A stretch of 64,000 nucleotides of DNA. Origin: a virus (lineage: Duplodnaviria; Heunggongvirae; Uroviricota; Caudoviricetes). The DNA lies in IMG/VR virus record IMGVR_UViG_3300022719_000283, positions 124,067 to 188,066 of that record; one strand, given 5' to 3'. A program made the position numbers and the translations under genes. The notes under the pieces are model-generated. The model saw nothing but the letters and a program-made list of their open reading frames with translations, made no database searches and was not told the DNA's origin. Position 1 is the first letter of the stretch, and each line of letters begins with the position of its first letter. Below are positions 29,501-38,457 of the stretch, piece by piece.

Positions 29501-32500
29501 GATGATATTGCCCGCGTTTCCGGGGGTGACTGCGGTCATGGTGACCACGTTGCCCACGGAGGAGCCACTCACGGTGACGGAGATACCGTTACCAGCATCG
29601 TTGATGGCCGCCGTGATGGAGGCTGCAACGGTGGTATCGGTACCCACACCACCCAGCAGAGTGGCTCCTGAGAGGGTAATGCGGGCGGCGCCCGTGGACT
29701 CCATCAAGCCAATGCCATCGCCCACAACGCCGGGAGTGAACGACTCGATCGTGACCGTGTCGGAGGTCCCGCTGGCATTGTCCGCGACTACATCAGTGAG
29801 TCCGTTGGCCGCGTCAGAAATAGCCGCCACCAGGCTCGTAGCCGCCGAAATGTCGTCACCAATCCCACCTGTGAACAACCCACCCGACAGAACGAAACGT
29901 CCCGCAGCGGTGGTGCTGAGGGTAAGGAGGTTGCCCACCGCCCCCGGAGTCACAGCCGTCATGTTGACAGTGCTGCCCACTGCAACCGCGGTGACATCCC
30001 CGTCGAACGAGTTGGCAGCATCGTTGATCGCCGCCGCAGCGTCCGTAGCCGCGGAATCGTTGTCTCCCGCACCTCCCGACAAAGTAGCCCCGCCAAAGGT
30101 GAGACGAGCCGGCGCGGTGGAGACGGTGCTGATCGAATCCCCGGCAAGACCGGGCGTCAGGGCCTGGAGGTCCACCGTGGCCGAAGTGCCAGCCGTGTTG
30201 TGAGCCTGCACAAGGCCAGAGAGCCCGTTCAATGGATCGAGGACTGCCGAGACAATGGCCGTGGCAGTCGTGATCTCATCACCCACGCCGGCCACGGTGG
30301 CTCCAAAGCCGCCCGCCGTGGTGACGGTGCCGTCCGAGCTCATGTTGGTCACGACGTTGGCGAACGAGCCCGGGACCGTCCAGGTCAGGGTCACGTCACT
30401 CGGGCCGGGGCCAACCGCCGCGGACATGAACGTGGCAAAGGCATTCGCCGGATCGTTGAGGGCCGCGGCAATTTCAGCCGCAATGGCCGCTGTAGTTCCC
30501 AGCGTTTCGTCGTAGTCGTTTGCACCCGGGGTGCGGGGACCACCAGCCGGTGCCAGCGGGAAAGGACCGCCATTGGCACCGCCACTGTCGATCGTGATCG
30601 TGGCGCTGGAGGGAGCTGCCGTTACGGTCAGCGTATCCGTGGCCTGGGTTCCGGCGTCGAAGTTCAGACCGCCCGGAGTAGTCACGGAGTCTGCGGTGAG
30701 CGCAATACCTCCGATGGTGATCGTGTCGCCGTAGAGAACCCCCGTGCTCGGGCTAAGCGAGTCGGCCACCACCGTGAGCATCCCAATGGACCGGGTCCCA
30801 GCATCGAAGTCATCCGCACCAGGAGTCCTGGCTCCCTCCACCGGCGTCAGAACATTGCCGTTGATGGTAACCGTGTCAGCGGGCACGGCAGGGAAGGGCG
30901 CCGTAGTGGCCGGTCGAACCCCCATCACCATGAAATCGGCGATGGCAGCCTGACCCACGTTGAAGTCCATGCCCCCCGGGGTGAGCGTATTGCTCGCCGT
31001 CAGGGTGACAGGACCACCGCCGACTACCGAAGTGTCGATGGTGATCGTATCCCCATACTGCACGCCACTGAGCATGGCCGTGCCGGAAGAACGAGTACCT
31101 TCGTCGAAATCGAGACCACCCGGGGTCTGAGATCCCGAAGCGGTCAGAGTGATTCCGTCGACAGTGACGGTGTCACCGGGGATGGGGCCCACCACGGTGA
31201 GAGTGCCCGTGGCCTGGGTGCCTTCGTTGAAGTTCAGACCACCCGGAGTCTGAGCTCCAGATGCCGTCAAAACGACAGGACCACCGCCCACAGCCGTGGT
31301 GTCGATGGTGACCGTGTCCCCAGGCTGCACACCGGAGGTCATGATCGTGGCTCGAGCCTGTCCGGTATCGTAGTCCAATCCACCAGGGGTGACGCCGAGA
31401 GAGCCGGTCAGGGTGATGCCGCCGATCTCGATGGTGTCACCGAGAACGGACCCGACGTTGGTCACAGTGCCGGTGGCAAAGGTACCCAGGTCGGTATCGG
31501 CTCCCGTGAAGGTGAACCGCATTTGCCCGTCCGCATTCGCCGTGCACTCGACATCGACACCGTCGAAAGCGGCCGGAAGAGCCGCAATGGCCGTATCGAG
31601 AGCCGTGTTGACGGCAGCCGCCAGCGCATTCGGGGAAGTGTAGGTTCCCGGAGCAACCGTGGCCGTCACAGGGCCCGTGGACCCGTTCGTGATGCCGGTG
31701 TAGTTGAACGCCAAGCTGTCGTATTCCCCAGCCGTGATGACCGTAGCTCCCAGGAACCGAGTCACGCCATCGTAGTACGGGGCGTTGTCGCTGAGTTTGA
31801 CCTCGGCATTGATGGCCTCGACATAGGCATCCGCATCCACGCCCGTCTGAGCAGGCACGTCGACCGTGACGACAACATTGTCGACCGTGAACGAAATGTT
31901 GTCGTTCAGGCCCGACAAGACGTCGTAGGTAGTCTTGCCCGAATCATCGGTGTACTGGATCTCGTCGCTGAGAAGCGATGCGTTGAACCCGAGGCCAGCG
32001 ATTCCATGAGGTGCCGAGAGATCAATACCCGCAGCACCCCCAGACAGTGGGGAGCTGTCGATCATGAATCGAGCTCGATCCGACTCGCCTTCTACGAAGA
32101 AGTACGGCCCCGAACCAGGAACCGTGTATTTCGCGATCGTGGAATCCTTGTCCGAGAACTGGACCGTAACCGTCTCCTCCACGGGACCCTGGGTGCCTCC
32201 CTCGAAGTGCACATCGGGAGTGATTTCCGATCCGGAAGGGAATTGGATCGTCACGCCAGTGAGAGCCGGCCCCTTCGACCCAAACTTCGGGGTGAAGATC
32301 GGGTTGCCGTCGCTGTCGAACAGGAAGTAGGTTCCGATCCCGGAGGGACCGCTGGTCTCAACCTGAACCGTGTACTCCTCATCGACGATGATGTTGTACC
32401 AGAAGGTTGCCCAGACACCGGCTCCAACAGGCACCGGATCCTCGAGTGTGATCTCGGTTCCGTTCACCTCGGTGACAGCCACGGGGCCGCGTTGAAGAGC

Positions 32501-33991
32501 ATCCTGGATCCCGAAACCCCAGTAGGCACGAACGAGATTGGGGTTGTTCGTAGGCAGGTCGCGCCGATTGTTGCTGATGGTCAGGAACGTATCGGTACCG
32601 AGCGGAGTGTCGCGCCCGTTGCCTGTAGTGGGCTGAACCGGAAGTGTGAACTTGGTGCGGTCCTCGACTGGAGGATTCACCGAGTCGTCGACCACCACCT
32701 CTGTGGGAGCCAAGAACCACCGGTTGTCGATCAACAGCCCACTGATCTGGCTGGGGCCCAACTCCGGGGCTCCGGGAGTAGTGAGTCCCGGAGTAATCAG
32801 GAAGGCGGTGCCCCAAACAACCAGATCGTCCTTGAGAATGAAGTCTGCATCCTCGATGAAGTCGTTGTTGAGCGGAACGATGCCGCAACGGATAACTTCC
32901 GTGACGTTGATATTCGCCAAGTAGTCGAAGGTATCTTGCCACGTATTGAAGAAGTACTGGACCGTGACCTCGGCACCCGCCTGGGGAGCAAAGGGCAACG
33001 AAATCGCACGGTTTTGACCGTCGACCTCGGTCGGAAGCACCTGCACCCCATCCACCCGGACAGTCACCTTGGAGGTGTCGGTGGTCGTAATGCCGCCGTT
33101 CGTACCGTCCACGATCGGACCGTTGTACGTGAAAAAGGTGCGGTTGCGGCTGGTATTCTGGCCTTCCGTGAACCCGAGGACGACGTTGGCCGAGCCATCG
33201 CCGATGAGGAGATCACGATCGGCAACGAGCCGAACTGCGGTCAGCCCGAAGTTGTTCGTATAGGTCGAAGCGACCAGCGAAGTGCCGGCAGCAGCACCGT
33301 TGATCAGAGACACGACGGTTGCAGCAGTGACGCTTCCAGTAGGAAGTGTGACGTTGACCACCTGTTGGCTGGTCTGCGAAACGTCCTGATCCACGGTCAC
33401 AACGAACTCGTTGGTGTCCGAAGTGAACTCGTACTGGTTGCCAATCGCGCCATTCAGGATGGCGGCTTCAGGCGTGGCTTGATTAGACAGATCGTCGGTG
33501 ATCTGGGTGTCGGTGCGCTTGAAAAAGTACGTGACGCGGACATCGTCACCCAACTCAGGAGCAGTGCTGAGCTCGATGACGCCGATATCGGCGCGAGCCA
33601 CGGATAGCACCACGTCGGGGACTCCGTTGATCGTCACGAAAATCGTACTGGGATCCGTAGCGATGGTGCCGCTCCCATCACCGTTGGTGATGGGAAAGTT
33701 GCGCACCTGGATACGACGACGATCACCGTTGAAGTCACCAAGGATGACTTCGCCGGTCTGCGTGATCTGTACGACCGAGCGGCCCGTCTCATCCTCCTGT
33801 GGGACCTCCTGATCCACGGAGCTCGAGGAGCCACGGATGACCTCCAGGTCCTGCTGTTGGAGAAGTTCATTGCCTGTCCCGATGTAGACGGGAATGCGAA
33901 CACCCGCCAGCACGGCGGAGACCGGGCTCTCGAACAGTGTGCGCGTGTAGACGTCTGGGGGTGCGTAAATGTTGCCGGGGAAAGATGCCAT
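26525..33991 (-). CDS. Giant contractile tail sheath protein (2488 aa) with large inserted repeat region
   Basis: Sheath-type N-terminus YAPPDVYTR...IPVYIGTG and C-terminal domain (RERTGLIGV...VRQGLTT...TIADEV...FIG...VEAFYQPVFPLLYVVITF); GAGG RBS. Confidence 0.9.
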   Translation of the reverse strand: MASFPGNIYAPPDVYTRTLFESPVSAVLAGVRIPVYIGTGNELLQQQDLEVIRGSSSSVDQEVPQEDETGRSVVQITQTGEVILGDFNGDRRRIQVRNFPITNGDGSGTIATDPSTIFVTINGVPDVVLSVARADIGVIELSTAPELGDDVRVTYFFKRTDTQITDDLSNQATPEAAILNGAIGNQYEFTSDTNEFVVTVDQDVSQTSQQVVNVTLPTGSVTAATVVSLINGAAAGTSLVASTYTNNFGLTAVRLVADRDLLIGDGSANVVLGFTEGQNTSRNRTFFTYNGPIVDGTNGGITTTDTSKVTVRVDGVQVLPTEVDGQNRAISLPFAPQAGAEVTVQYFFNTWQDTFDYLANINVTEVIRCGIVPLNNDFIEDADFILKDDLVVWGTAFLITPGLTTPGAPELGPSQISGLLIDNRWFLAPTEVVVDDSVNPPVEDRTKFTLPVQPTTGNGRDTPLGTDTFLTISNNRRDLPTNNPNLVRAYWGFGIQDALQRGPVAVTEVNGTEITLEDPVPVGAGVWATFWYNIIVDEEYTVQVETSGPSGIGTYFLFDSDGNPIFTPKFGSKGPALTGVTIQFPSGSEITPDVHFEGGTQGPVEETVTVQFSDKDSTIAKYTVPGSGPYFFVEGESDRARFMIDSSPLSGGAAGIDLSAPHGIAGLGFNASLLSDEIQYTDDSGKTTYDVLSGLNDNISFTVDNVVVTVDVPAQTGVDADAYVEAINAEVKLSDNAPYYDGVTRFLGATVITAGEYDSLAFNYTGITNGSTGPVTATVAPGTYTSPNALAAAVNTALDTAIAALPAAFDGVDVECTANADGQMRFTFTGADTDLGTFATGTVTNVGSVLGDTIEIGGITLTGSLGVTPGGLDYDTGQARATIMTSGVQPGDTVTIDTTAVGGGPVVLTASGAQTPGGLNFNEGTQATGTLTVVGPIPGDTVTVDGITLTASGSQTPGGLDFDEGTRSSGTAMLSGVQYGDTITIDTSVVGGGPVTLTASNTLTPGGMDFNVGQAAIADFMVMGVRPATTAPFPAVPADTVTINGNVLTPVEGARTPGADDFDAGTRSIGMLTVVADSLSPSTGVLYGDTITIGGIALTADSVTTPGGLNFDAGTQATDTLTVTAAPSSATITIDSGGANGGPFPLAPAGGPRTPGANDYDETLGTTAAIAAEIAAALNDPANAFATFMSAAVGPGPSDVTLTWTVPGSFANVVTNMSSDGTVTTAGGFGATVAGVGDEITTATAIVSAVLDPLNGLSGLVQAHNTAGTSATVDLQALTPGLAGDSISTVSTAPARLTFGGATLSGGAGDNDSAATDAAAAINDAANSFDGDVTAVAVGSTVNMTAVTPGAVGNLLTLSTTAAGRFVLSGGLFTGGIGDDISAATSLVAAISDAANGLTDVVADNASGTSDTVTIESFTPGVVGDGIGLMESTGAARITLSGATLLGGVGTDTTVAASITAAINDAGNGISVTVSGSSVGNVVTMTAVTPGNAGNIIDTTSSSASRLIMSNLTLQGGVGTDLTVASSLAAAINDLGNGLAADVSADNDSGTSSTVTVWADVPGVAGNGITLASSDPVRLPVSGAVFGGGLTDVGVATTIVTAITDPLNGLDTIVTADNSSGTSSTVDITAADPGPQGNFITLSSSDALRLPVSAATLTGGSGLGGGVFEFLDAASFGEDFAVLAGISTDALPSQEQTKIIDGDVVRRFSVAGTSGRLIYDRLIMRNRITPGSGSLRPESQVAQTNLVIQGTNASDETGLPSGFFGEAGVGAVIQPASLFGEVGFADGQVPSGTFTDDRDGQPQVVFFGPNGVNPQNNVFKFNIDGTPVTVVFTDASGVAIPSAGQATVPLGPVTVPNTILEQIRSAAVGAGLAADQVVPEGAGIRLVSALSNINSAVTIDNGNANDSLGFSEGATSTRTSVQPEKVASSLMMHHSSSINGVLLDYQSPDSSFFADQALAAKEVSSTNAEFLFIESQANNIVGLGASSNITFLDAATDSWLRTGTGLQVQSGDGASGETGFQGFYVTSSDPIDGSGTANTSCLNNGVGQDGVIGQTYRDEVTGLVFTILPREGGADYPIGAGAFFTFQVRKLVTTDANVPVNSIPGLELRVANTEGSTIPTGDTAIVETFDRGGQEPAVGDSYYITYNYTKTAADFETMLYTNQRAVERNYGEINPDNPVSMAAFLSFLNGAVVLGVKQVPKIPGSNQASTPNYIDALNELRGPLPGGSILDTITPLKGDDVDLFLSLSNHCDIQSSIRFRSERTGLIGVASGTQPTDVGGIAQQIQNTRIRMVYPDIVTLTIQDALGNDKQFLVDGTFLASAMAGNRASPNIDVATPWTRARIVGFDQLARTLDAVEQNQIAVQGVTIMDQRGTVIRVRQGLTTDVTNILTKLPTVITIADEVQRSARRDLDRFIGIKFLPGVLSQIEGQLTTTLKALKNAEIITAFTGVQARTTNDPTIVEVEAFYQPVFPLLYVVITFNVRSNLGT
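29010..31490 (-). repeat. Seven N-half repeats followed by seven C-half repeats inside the sheath
   Basis: 7x (A/S)TGT..V..GDT(I/V)TI...LT....TPGG..FD.G, then 7x A..(I/L)..AI.D..NG...V.A....TV...A..PG..GN.I.....RL..SG.TL.GG; coordinates approximate. Confidence 0.85.
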
Positions 33992-34126
33992 TTTGGGCTA
34001 CCTCGTCGGATTCGTCAGGGCAGATCTCTCCTGTGGAGCTTTTAAGCCCTGGTTGCAGTCGCTGAGTGCGCTCGAAAGAACGCTGGAATACACATCTGCT
34101 TTGGTTCACGTCCGTTTGTCGGTTTC

Positions 34127-34152
34127 CATTTGGCCGTCCCCGAAGGGAGGAA
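34127..34152 (-). promoter_or_regulatory. Conserved 26-nt intergenic element, copy 2, in the sheath leader
   Basis: TTCCTCCCTTCGGGGACGGCCAAATG, preceded by a CCTGC-GAAA-GCAGG tetraloop hairpin. Confidence 0.5.
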
Positions 34153-34243
34153 ATCCTGCTTTCGCAGGGATGCGTCTCAATCTGTCGTGTCTGTTTGGTT
34201 CAATCTGGGTGTCTTCGAAGAGGCCCGGGTGTAGCGACCACTC

Positions 34244-34756
34244 TTACGAAGCAGCCTCGTCTGGAATCTCGTGAACACCGGAGAGCGCGCGGTAATTTTC
34301 CGCCTGCGAGCCATAGGCTCGGCGCTCTTTCCGGTACTGGTTGATGCGCTTCATGGCCTCCTGGTGTTGAAGGCGCGCCTTCTTGGAAGCGACCCTCTCC
34401 TTCTCCGTCATCACGAAGTAGTCACCGTCGTCGAGACGGGAGAGGTGGTCGCCAGTAGTCTGGTTTGCGGCAATCACGCGCCGCTTGTGATCGGCTCGTG
34501 CCTGGAATTCTCGAAGGTGAGCCTGTGCGCTTCGGCCAATCACCACATCGACATCGTGATCGACCGAGCTCGCTCCCGTGTTCTGAGGAGCGGGGGCATC
34601 AGGGCGGTGCCCAAACCTGAAGCTGGGCGCCGAAAGCTGCCGAGACGCAGTTTCTCCGCACTTCTTACACGGAAGCGTCCCCTTTGCAGCCGCCTTTGAC
34701 TGCATAGCACTGAACTGCAAACCGCAGTCTGGGCAGTGGTACTTGAAAATCGGCAA
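34244..34756 (-). CDS. FmdB-family zinc-ribbon protein
   Basis: MPIFKYHCPDCG...CKKCG..ASRQLSAPSF pattern; TTG start with GGAG RBS. Confidence 0.7.
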   Translation of the reverse strand: MPIFKYHCPDCGLQFSAMQSKAAAKGTLPCKKCGETASRQLSAPSFRFGHRPDAPAPQNTGASSVDHDVDVVIGRSAQAHLREFQARADHKRRVIAANQTTGDHLSRLDDGDYFVMTEKERVASKKARLQHQEAMKRINQYRKERRAYGSQAENYRALSGVHEIPDEAAS

Positions 34757-34796
34757 ACGCGCGTGCTCCGTCTATTAGGGCGCGCGTATAGGATGG

Positions 34797-36059
34797 CTAA
34801 CGAAGCATCGGTCCGGTGCCCTTCACGCCGGGAAGACCGCCCTTCCCCGCAAACCATGGATCGAAGGTTTGAGTGAGCCCCAAGTTGGCCAAAGCCTTGA
34901 TGTTGTCCTGAATCTGAGCGATCTCTTCGTCGGACAAGCCCGCGATCTGCTCGATGAAAGGCGGAGTAAGCGGCGCGGTCCCTGGCACAATAGGAGGCCC
35001 ACCTCCAGGCTCCACGCTCCGAATGCAAATCCCTAGCGGCACGTGGATGCTCCAGTCGGTCTGGAGTTGGAGGCTGAAACTGGCGTTGTAGAACCAGTCA
35101 TCGGCGTTTTCGTCGTAGATCTCCTCGGTCTCGCCTCCCATGCTGACCGACAGGATTTCGATGCCAGCACTCGAAAGACGGGGCCGAGCCGTCGCCCACA
35201 GATAAAGGGCGGTCTGATCCAGAATTTCACGTTGTGCCAAGGGGTCTCGAGCAACGACATCTATGTCCAACGTCAAATCCCAGCGCCCTCCAAATTCGAG
35301 AGCGGAAATTTGACGCTTCTCTTGGACGACTACCGCGAGCCGATCTCCTGGCGTGATCCGTCGACCAAAAGCCAACACCGCCCCAGGAAGGGGTTCAGTG
35401 AGGGCCCGATTCTCTTGCACCTTCCAAGGACCCGTCGATTCGCCGGGGACCTTGTAGTCGGCCGACAAGAAGTCGTCGTCGCTGAGAGGCGAATCGATGA
35501 GATCGATTTCCCCTGTCTCGACGTTGACGGTGTAGTTCACATCCTCGTACAACTGGATGTTCCCCGGCATCCGATACAGGCGAAGTGTCCCAGCCAAGAA
35601 CCCCGGATGCTGAACCTGATACTGCGTGTCGTTGATCTGAAGGACCGTCTCATCCAAGACCTCGAGCAACGGGTCCACGAAAAACGCTTTGTCTGTGGGG
35701 TTCCCATTCGCATCGCAGAAGTCGATGTAGTAGATGCCGGGGGCCGAAGGGAACAGGCCGCCGTTGTTCTGAATGAGAACGCTATTTTCCTTCACCCATT
35801 CGATGGACAAACCAGGCTTGCCTTCGACATTCGCCAGATAGACGTAGCTGTGGACGTGTCCTTGGAAGTTGTCGGCAGCGAGCTGAGCTTGATTACCCGC
35901 GCTATTTTTCAGGATGATGCCGAATTGGGGGCGCTCGCGGAACGAATACTTCCCCTGGATGTGCCCAACGAGGTCTCGGTACTTCGGGTGGTAGCTCCAA
36001 TAGTTTCGGAGCTCTTCGATGAACACTCGTTGGATCTGCTGGGTTAAGAAGTAGTACAT
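34797..36059 (-). CDS. Tail terminator/completion-like neck protein with inserted beta domains
   Basis: RWDLTLDIDVVARDPLAQREILDQTALYL and FYNASFSLQLQTDW; position upstream of the sheath. Confidence 0.55.
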   Translation of the reverse strand: MYYFLTQQIQRVFIEELRNYWSYHPKYRDLVGHIQGKYSFRERPQFGIILKNSAGNQAQLAADNFQGHVHSYVYLANVEGKPGLSIEWVKENSVLIQNNGGLFPSAPGIYYIDFCDANGNPTDKAFFVDPLLEVLDETVLQINDTQYQVQHPGFLAGTLRLYRMPGNIQLYEDVNYTVNVETGEIDLIDSPLSDDDFLSADYKVPGESTGPWKVQENRALTEPLPGAVLAFGRRITPGDRLAVVVQEKRQISALEFGGRWDLTLDIDVVARDPLAQREILDQTALYLWATARPRLSSAGIEILSVSMGGETEEIYDENADDWFYNASFSLQLQTDWSIHVPLGICIRSVEPGGGPPIVPGTAPLTPPFIEQIAGLSDEEIAQIQDNIKALANLGLTQTFDPWFAGKGGLPGVKGTGPMLR

Positions 36060-36153
36060 TTAGGTCATACTCCTGCCAGCCTGGGTGTTGCCAAACACAG
36101 CACAAAGCTTCCTGTGGGGTCTCACAGGAGGTTTCGTGATAGACAGAAAACCG

Positions 36154-37176
36154 CTAATCTTCGTCGTCGTCGACGTATTCCTGCATCGCTTGGACGAGAA
36201 GCCCGCGCGCAACAGCGTCCAGAGGTTCCCGGGCCGCCCGGATTTCGCTGATCTCGATGGGGAATTTTTTACGTTTGTCCTCGAAGACCTGGGTGAAGAA
36301 CTCAAGGAAGCCGCCGGCCTTGGACGTGCCGCCGCTGACGACGATGGGGATCGGCTTAGGCAACGCGAACTTGCCCTGGATCTTTTTGAACTCGCTCGCC
36401 ACATTGTCGATCGCGTATTCGATCAGACTTTTGTAGTAGACGACCAGAGCTTCCTCTTCCCGACTCTGCGGGTGCATGAGGTTGAGCCCCTTTTCCTTGA
36501 GCGTACACATGCGGGCCTGTGTCGAACCCGTGGACTTCGCAGCACCGTGGTCTAACCAATCACCGCCCCTGGCAACCGAAAAACTCAACCCTTCGATGGT
36601 GCCCATTGCAAGTGCGACGTTCGTCATCCCGCTCCCGAAGCTCATCCCGATGCCGGAGAACCCATCCTTCGCACATTCGGAATAGATGATGGCCAGCGCC
36701 TCGTTACTTGGGTACGCCTTGTAGCCGCATTCGGTAACAATGCGCTCAAGAACACCTTGGTGATAGACCACATCTCGGTCCGGGTCGTCGACAGGGGCGG
36801 CCGGCACTGAAAAGTAGCAGACCTCGTTTTCGGCCTTCGGCTCACCCAGCACGTGCTTGACGAGGATACCAAGGATCTCGAGGGCGTCGATTTCCCCTGC
36901 CGAGATGAGTCCCGACTGAAGAGGACGCCGAACTTCCCGGCTGAACATGTTGGCCATGTCATAGGCCGCATCGCCCACGATAACTAGGCCATCCTCGGTT
37001 GTCACGTAGTTGACACCGGAAAGCTTGAGCATCTTGCGGTGTTCCGACGGCAGATCAAGGAAAGCATCACGAATGCGGTTCGTGATGACGCCTTCCCTGG
37101 TACGCCGGGCAGCGACAATATTCATGGTGCCCATGTCGAGCCCAACTCCGAGCACTGGATTTTCACTATCGCTCAT
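36154..37176 (-). CDS. Actin-family ATPase (MreB/FtsA/ParM-like)
   Basis: Phosphate-1 GLDMGTMN, connect-1 NEALAII, phosphate-2 GMSFGSGMTN, adenosine motif VVSGGTS; 340 aa. Confidence 0.85.
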   Translation of the reverse strand: MSDSENPVLGVGLDMGTMNIVAARRTREGVITNRIRDAFLDLPSEHRKMLKLSGVNYVTTEDGLVIVGDAAYDMANMFSREVRRPLQSGLISAGEIDALEILGILVKHVLGEPKAENEVCYFSVPAAPVDDPDRDVVYHQGVLERIVTECGYKAYPSNEALAIIYSECAKDGFSGIGMSFGSGMTNVALAMGTIEGLSFSVARGGDWLDHGAAKSTGSTQARMCTLKEKGLNLMHPQSREEEALVVYYKSLIEYAIDNVASEFKKIQGKFALPKPIPIVVSGGTSKAGGFLEFFTQVFEDKRKKFPIEISEIRAAREPLDAVARGLLVQAMQEYVDDDED

Positions 37177-37904
37177 GATTTGTTCTCCTCGTTCCTATTC
37201 TTTCTACCGCGCTTCTTGCCTCGCAGTGCACGAAGTGCAGCCTGTGCATCATCGAGCTCCTCGCCGCCTTCGCTGGCCTTCTGCTTCACGTCAATTTTGG
37301 CCTTGCGGTCTTTCGCAACGATCTTGTCCGGGATGAAAACGGGCTCTTCGGGCCCGGAACTCTTACGGGTTCGGCCTTCCGGAGATACGGCGCCCCCCGT
37401 CGGGAGTCCTACGCGCCGTAGGACGCTCTCCAAGACGCCCTCGAGCTGCGCAGGGTCCAAGGAGGCCGCGGGCGCTGGGGCGGCCTGGGGAGCTTCAGGC
37501 GGTGCCTGAGAGGCCACTTTGCCTACCTCCTCCGCAATGGCAGAGCGCAGCCCGGGAAGAAGATCACCCAGGAGCTCGGCTTTGAGTTTCTCGGTGTCGA
37601 CTTCCTGGACGATGGTTTTCTCGATGGTTTTCTCGATGATCTTCTGGTCCGGCTCCTTTGTCCCTTTGTGACTTTGGGGACGGCTGTGAGCCACAAAAGG
37701 AGGAGCGGGGCGCCTGGGGTTTTGGTTCGGCCGTCGGCTTTTTCGATTCACGCGGATGTTGCCCTTGGCTTGCTCCCGTTGCACATCCTTTGAGGAGCGA
37801 GCCTGGGCATCAGAAACCCAAATTTCCTGACCACGCTTCAACCCCTCCAGCCCCAGATCGGGGAGGTCACAAGGATGGCAAACAGTGATCTGGGCCTCGA
37901 TCAT
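37173..37904 (-). CDS. Hypothetical protein translationally coupled to the actin gene
   Basis: ATGA overlaps at both ends; Pro/Ala linker; basic C-tail RGKKRGRK. Confidence 0.7.
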   Translation of the reverse strand: MIEAQITVCHPCDLPDLGLEGLKRGQEIWVSDAQARSSKDVQREQAKGNIRVNRKSRRPNQNPRRPAPPFVAHSRPQSHKGTKEPDQKIIEKTIEKTIVQEVDTEKLKAELLGDLLPGLRSAIAEEVGKVASQAPPEAPQAAPAPAASLDPAQLEGVLESVLRRVGLPTGGAVSPEGRTRKSSGPEEPVFIPDKIVAKDRKAKIDVKQKASEGGEELDDAQAALRALRGKKRGRKNRNEENKS

Positions 37905-38440
37905 GCAATGGGCATCCCCTTGAGCACCTTCACGACCTGCTTTTCCAACAGTTTCACCATCTTGCGCCTGGCCTTCTCGTATCCGCGACGCACGAAGGTG
38001 TGCTTCTTGAATCCCGGATGGATCCAAGCACCTTCCGCGCTACTCGGGGTGCTCCTGATCAACACTGTACCGTCCGGCCCCTTCATCGGCACACGTGAAA
38101 CTCCGGCCTGTTGAGTCAGCCAATCCATGGGGTAGGGACGACGCCCTTCCGTAATTTGCTCAATCCAAGGCCACGTCGAGTAAATCTCCACGCGTCCTTT
38201 TGAGGGATCGGTCTTGTAGTGAAAGGAATCGAAAAACCTGACCGAGCCTGGAATCCCCTCCGGCATTCCTCGATCTGTTGGTCGATTCCCCTGCTTAGCG
38301 AAATCTTTCCCGGCCTCGAAGATGATGCTTTCTAAAAGGAGCTTTCCGACCTCTTCCAGAAAATCGGGGGTAACGAAATCCTCACTCTGAGCCGATGCCC
38401 AGGTCTTTCCAGCAGTACGCTTGATTCGAATTTCGGCCAT
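37901..38440 (-). CDS. Neck/tail-completion protein (HK97 gp10-like)
   Basis: C-terminal WIHPGF..HTFVRRG.EKAR pattern and position after the head-closure gene; start set at ATG 38440. Confidence 0.45.
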   Translation of the reverse strand: MAEIRIKRTAGKTWASAQSEDFVTPDFLEEVGKLLLESIIFEAGKDFAKQGNRPTDRGMPEGIPGSVRFFDSFHYKTDPSKGRVEIYSTWPWIEQITEGRRPYPMDWLTQQAGVSRVPMKGPDGTVLIRSTPSSAEGAWIHPGFKKHTFVRRGYEKARRKMVKLLEKQVVKVLKGMPIA

Positions 38441-38457
38441 TACAGTGACCGCAGACT

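Noticed and set aside
30190-30215. His-Asn-Thr (QAHNTAG) in the sheath as an intein C-terminus
   Set aside because: It lies within a C-half repeat, aligned with DN.SGTS in sister repeats; no intein N-terminal block or endonuclease motifs.
26780-33607. Long plus-strand ORFs (743 aa, 1135 aa; also 570 aa at 2625-4337 and many others)
   Set aside because: Antisense shadows of high-GC genes. The 1135-aa ORF is codon-in-register with the sheath and stays open because TTA/CTA/TCA are rare there; the translations are Arg-rich and motif-free.
23930-34775. ATAGACGG at 23930-23937 and 34768-34775 as a late-promoter core
   Set aside because: An 8-mer is expected about twice by chance in 64 kb on both strands, and one copy includes the stop codon of the 66-aa ORF.
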